Both the position numbers and the translations under genes were made by a program. DNA of 64,000 bases. Source: an uncultured Bacilli bacterium (GTDB lineage Bacteria > Bacillota_I > Bacilli_A > RF39 > UBA660). The notes beneath the pieces are model-generated. The model made no database searches. It saw nothing but the letters and a program-made list of their open reading frames with translations, and was not told the origin of the DNA. How positions within the stretch are numbered: the stretch's first letter is position 1; each line of letters opens with the position of its first letter. The stretch covers positions 2,479 through 66,478 of the forward strand of contig CAKPJN010000007.1 of assembly GCA_934162665.1 (NCBI GenBank), given 5' to 3'. Below are positions 62,759 through 64,000 of this stretch, in pieces.

Positions 62759-64000
62759 TTATTTAGAATCTAACTCTTTTAATAATTCAGCTTTACTCAT
62801 TTTAGAATAATTCTTAACACCTTTTTCTTTTGCCATTTCTCTTAGCTTTGTTAAAGACATATTTTCAAGTCCATCATTTTCATTTGCCTCAGGCATTTTT
62901 CCATTCTTAACTAAATAATCAATTTGTTCTTTAGTTAATGTTTCATATTCTAATAAAGTCTCAGCAATAAGTTTTAATAAATCTTTATTACCTTTAATTA
63001 TTTTTGTTGCTTTAGCATGGCACTCATCAATAATCTTTCGCATTTCCATATCTATTTCATTAGCAACTTCATTAGAGAAGTGTTGTGTTTTATTATAATC
63101 TCTACCTAAGAAAACACTACCTTCTTGTTGTTCAAATTGAAGTGGTCCTAAATCACTCATTCCATACTCACAAACCATAGCGCGAACAATTTTTGTTGCT
63201 TTTTCAAAATCGTTATGAGCTCCTGTTGTTATTTCACCAAAAACAATTTCTTCAGCTGTACGTCCACCAAGTAATCCTGTAATTTCTTCTAACAAATCAG
63301 TCTTTGTAGAACAAAGCTTTTCTTCATTAGGAACCATCATATTATATCCACCAGCTGATCCACGTGGAATAATAGTAACTTTTTGAACATCATTAGCATT
63401 ATCAAGTTTTAACCCTATAACAGCATGTCCTGCTTCATGATATGCAACTAACTTACGATCTGCTTCACTATATTTATGAGATGTTTTAGCAGGTCCCATT
63501 AAAACTCTATCAGTAGCTTCATCTACTTCACTCATTGTAATTTTTTCTTTATTACGTCTAACTGCAAGAAGTGCAGCTTCATTAAGTAAATTTTCAAGAT
63601 CAGCACCACTAAATCCAGGTGTTCTCTTAGCTAAGTTATCTAAAGTTACGCCATTAGCAAGAATTTTATTCTTAGCATGAACTGCAAGTATTTCTTCACG
63701 ACCCTTTACATCTGGTAAATTAACAGTAACTTGACGGTCAAATCTACCCGGTCTTAAAAGTGCAGGATCTAATACATCTGGTCTATTAGTAGCAGCTATT
63801 ATAATGATACCTTCATTTTCACCAAAGCCATCCATTTCAGTAAGTAATTGATTAAGTGTTTGTTCACGTTCATCATGTCCACCACCAAGACCTGTTCCTC
63901 TTTGTCTACCAACAGCATCTATTTCATCAATAAATATTAAACAAGGAGCATTTCTCTTTGCTTGTTGGAACATATCTCTAACACGACTAGCACCAACACC
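62759..64000 (-). CDS. ftsH: ATP-dependent zinc metalloprotease FtsH, partial (5' end beyond window)
   Basis: AAA+ Walker B / SRH and the HEAGHA zinc motif. The frame is open to the window end. The C-terminal ~45 aa form a SAP/Rho-N-like tail. Confidence 0.9.
   Translation of the reverse strand, partial: GVGASRVRDMFQQAKRNAPCLIFIDEIDAVGRQRGTGLGGGHDEREQTLNQLLTEMDGFGENEGIIIIAATNRPDVLDPALLRPGRFDRQVTVNLPDVKGREEILAVHAKNKILANGVTLDNLAKRTPGFSGADLENLLNEAALLAVRRNKEKITMSEVDEATDRVLMGPAKTSHKYSEADRKLVAYHEAGHAVIGLKLDNANDVQKVTIIPRGSAGGYNMMVPNEEKLCSTKTDLLEEITGLLGGRTAEEIVFGEITTGAHNDFEKATKIVRAMVCEYGMSDLGPLQFEQQEGSVFLGRDYNKTQHFSNEVANEIDMEMRKIIDECHAKATKIIKGNKDLLKLIAETLLEYETLTKEQIDYLVKNGKMPEANENDGLENMSLTKLREMAKEKGVKNYSKMSKAELLKELDSK

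Noticed and set aside
1-64000. Alternative genetic code (UGA = Trp, as in Mollicutes)
   Set aside because: Kilobase-length ORFs (rpoB, rpoC, fusA, rnr) are intact under the standard code, with Trp as TGG and TGA acting as stop. The standard code is used despite the Mollicute-like tmRNA tag.
1-64000. CRISPR arrays, rRNA operons, IS elements with terminal inverted repeats
   Set aside because: No regularly spaced direct repeats, no 16S/23S-like conserved stretches and no transposase ORFs were found on reading through.

Overview
This window is a very AT-rich, low-GC Gram-positive (Firmicutes-type) chromosomal segment read with the standard genetic code. Long ORFs are intact and Trp is encoded by TGG, so UGA is not Trp here. 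GC content was not computed; by eye it is clearly low.

The right two thirds (about 26.1-64 kb, almost all on the minus strand) is a conserved housekeeping backbone in Bacillus-like order. Reading upward it runs ssrA-(small ORF)-smpB-capA-like-rnr-secG-eno-murD, then femAB-family on the plus strand, then tuf-fusA-rpsG-rpsL-(small ORF)-rpoC-rpoB-ybxB-like methyltransferase-rplL-rplJ-rplA-rplK-nusG-secE-(unknown)-sigH-like-rlmB-mrnC-cysS-clpC-transporter-lysS-RDD-dusB-mscL-ftsH (truncated at the window end).

The left third holds:
- a partial formate-tetrahydrofolate ligase gene (fhs) running off the window start;
- a signal-peptide surface protein with thioester-domain motifs plus an adjacent, atypical sortase-like gene;
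- a C-terminal processing (S41) peptidase;
- tRNA-Asn;
- the c-di-AMP cyclase operon cdaA-cdaR plus a lipoprotein gene;
- tRNA-Thr;
- a block of small accessory or hypothetical genes (DUF378, coiled-coil, DUF1292, a Coat-F pair, an FAD-Rieske fusion oxidoreductase, lipoproteins);
- a TetR regulator with an ABC-2 transporter operon.

The most unusual region is about 20.6-26.1 kb, a decayed composite of mobile-element remnants inserted at the 3' end of the tmRNA gene. It contains:
- a MobV-type relaxase gene that starts 13 bp from the tmRNA 3' CCA;
- a KilA-N protein and two unknown cargo ORFs;
- a tRNA/tmRNA-3'-end-like repeat;
- a 5'-truncated large serine recombinase abutting, head to head, a C-terminal fragment of a tyrosine integrase;
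- a ribbon-helix-helix (RHH) gene next to a set of TAGGATGA repeat motifs.

No rRNA genes, CRISPR array or complete prophage were seen.
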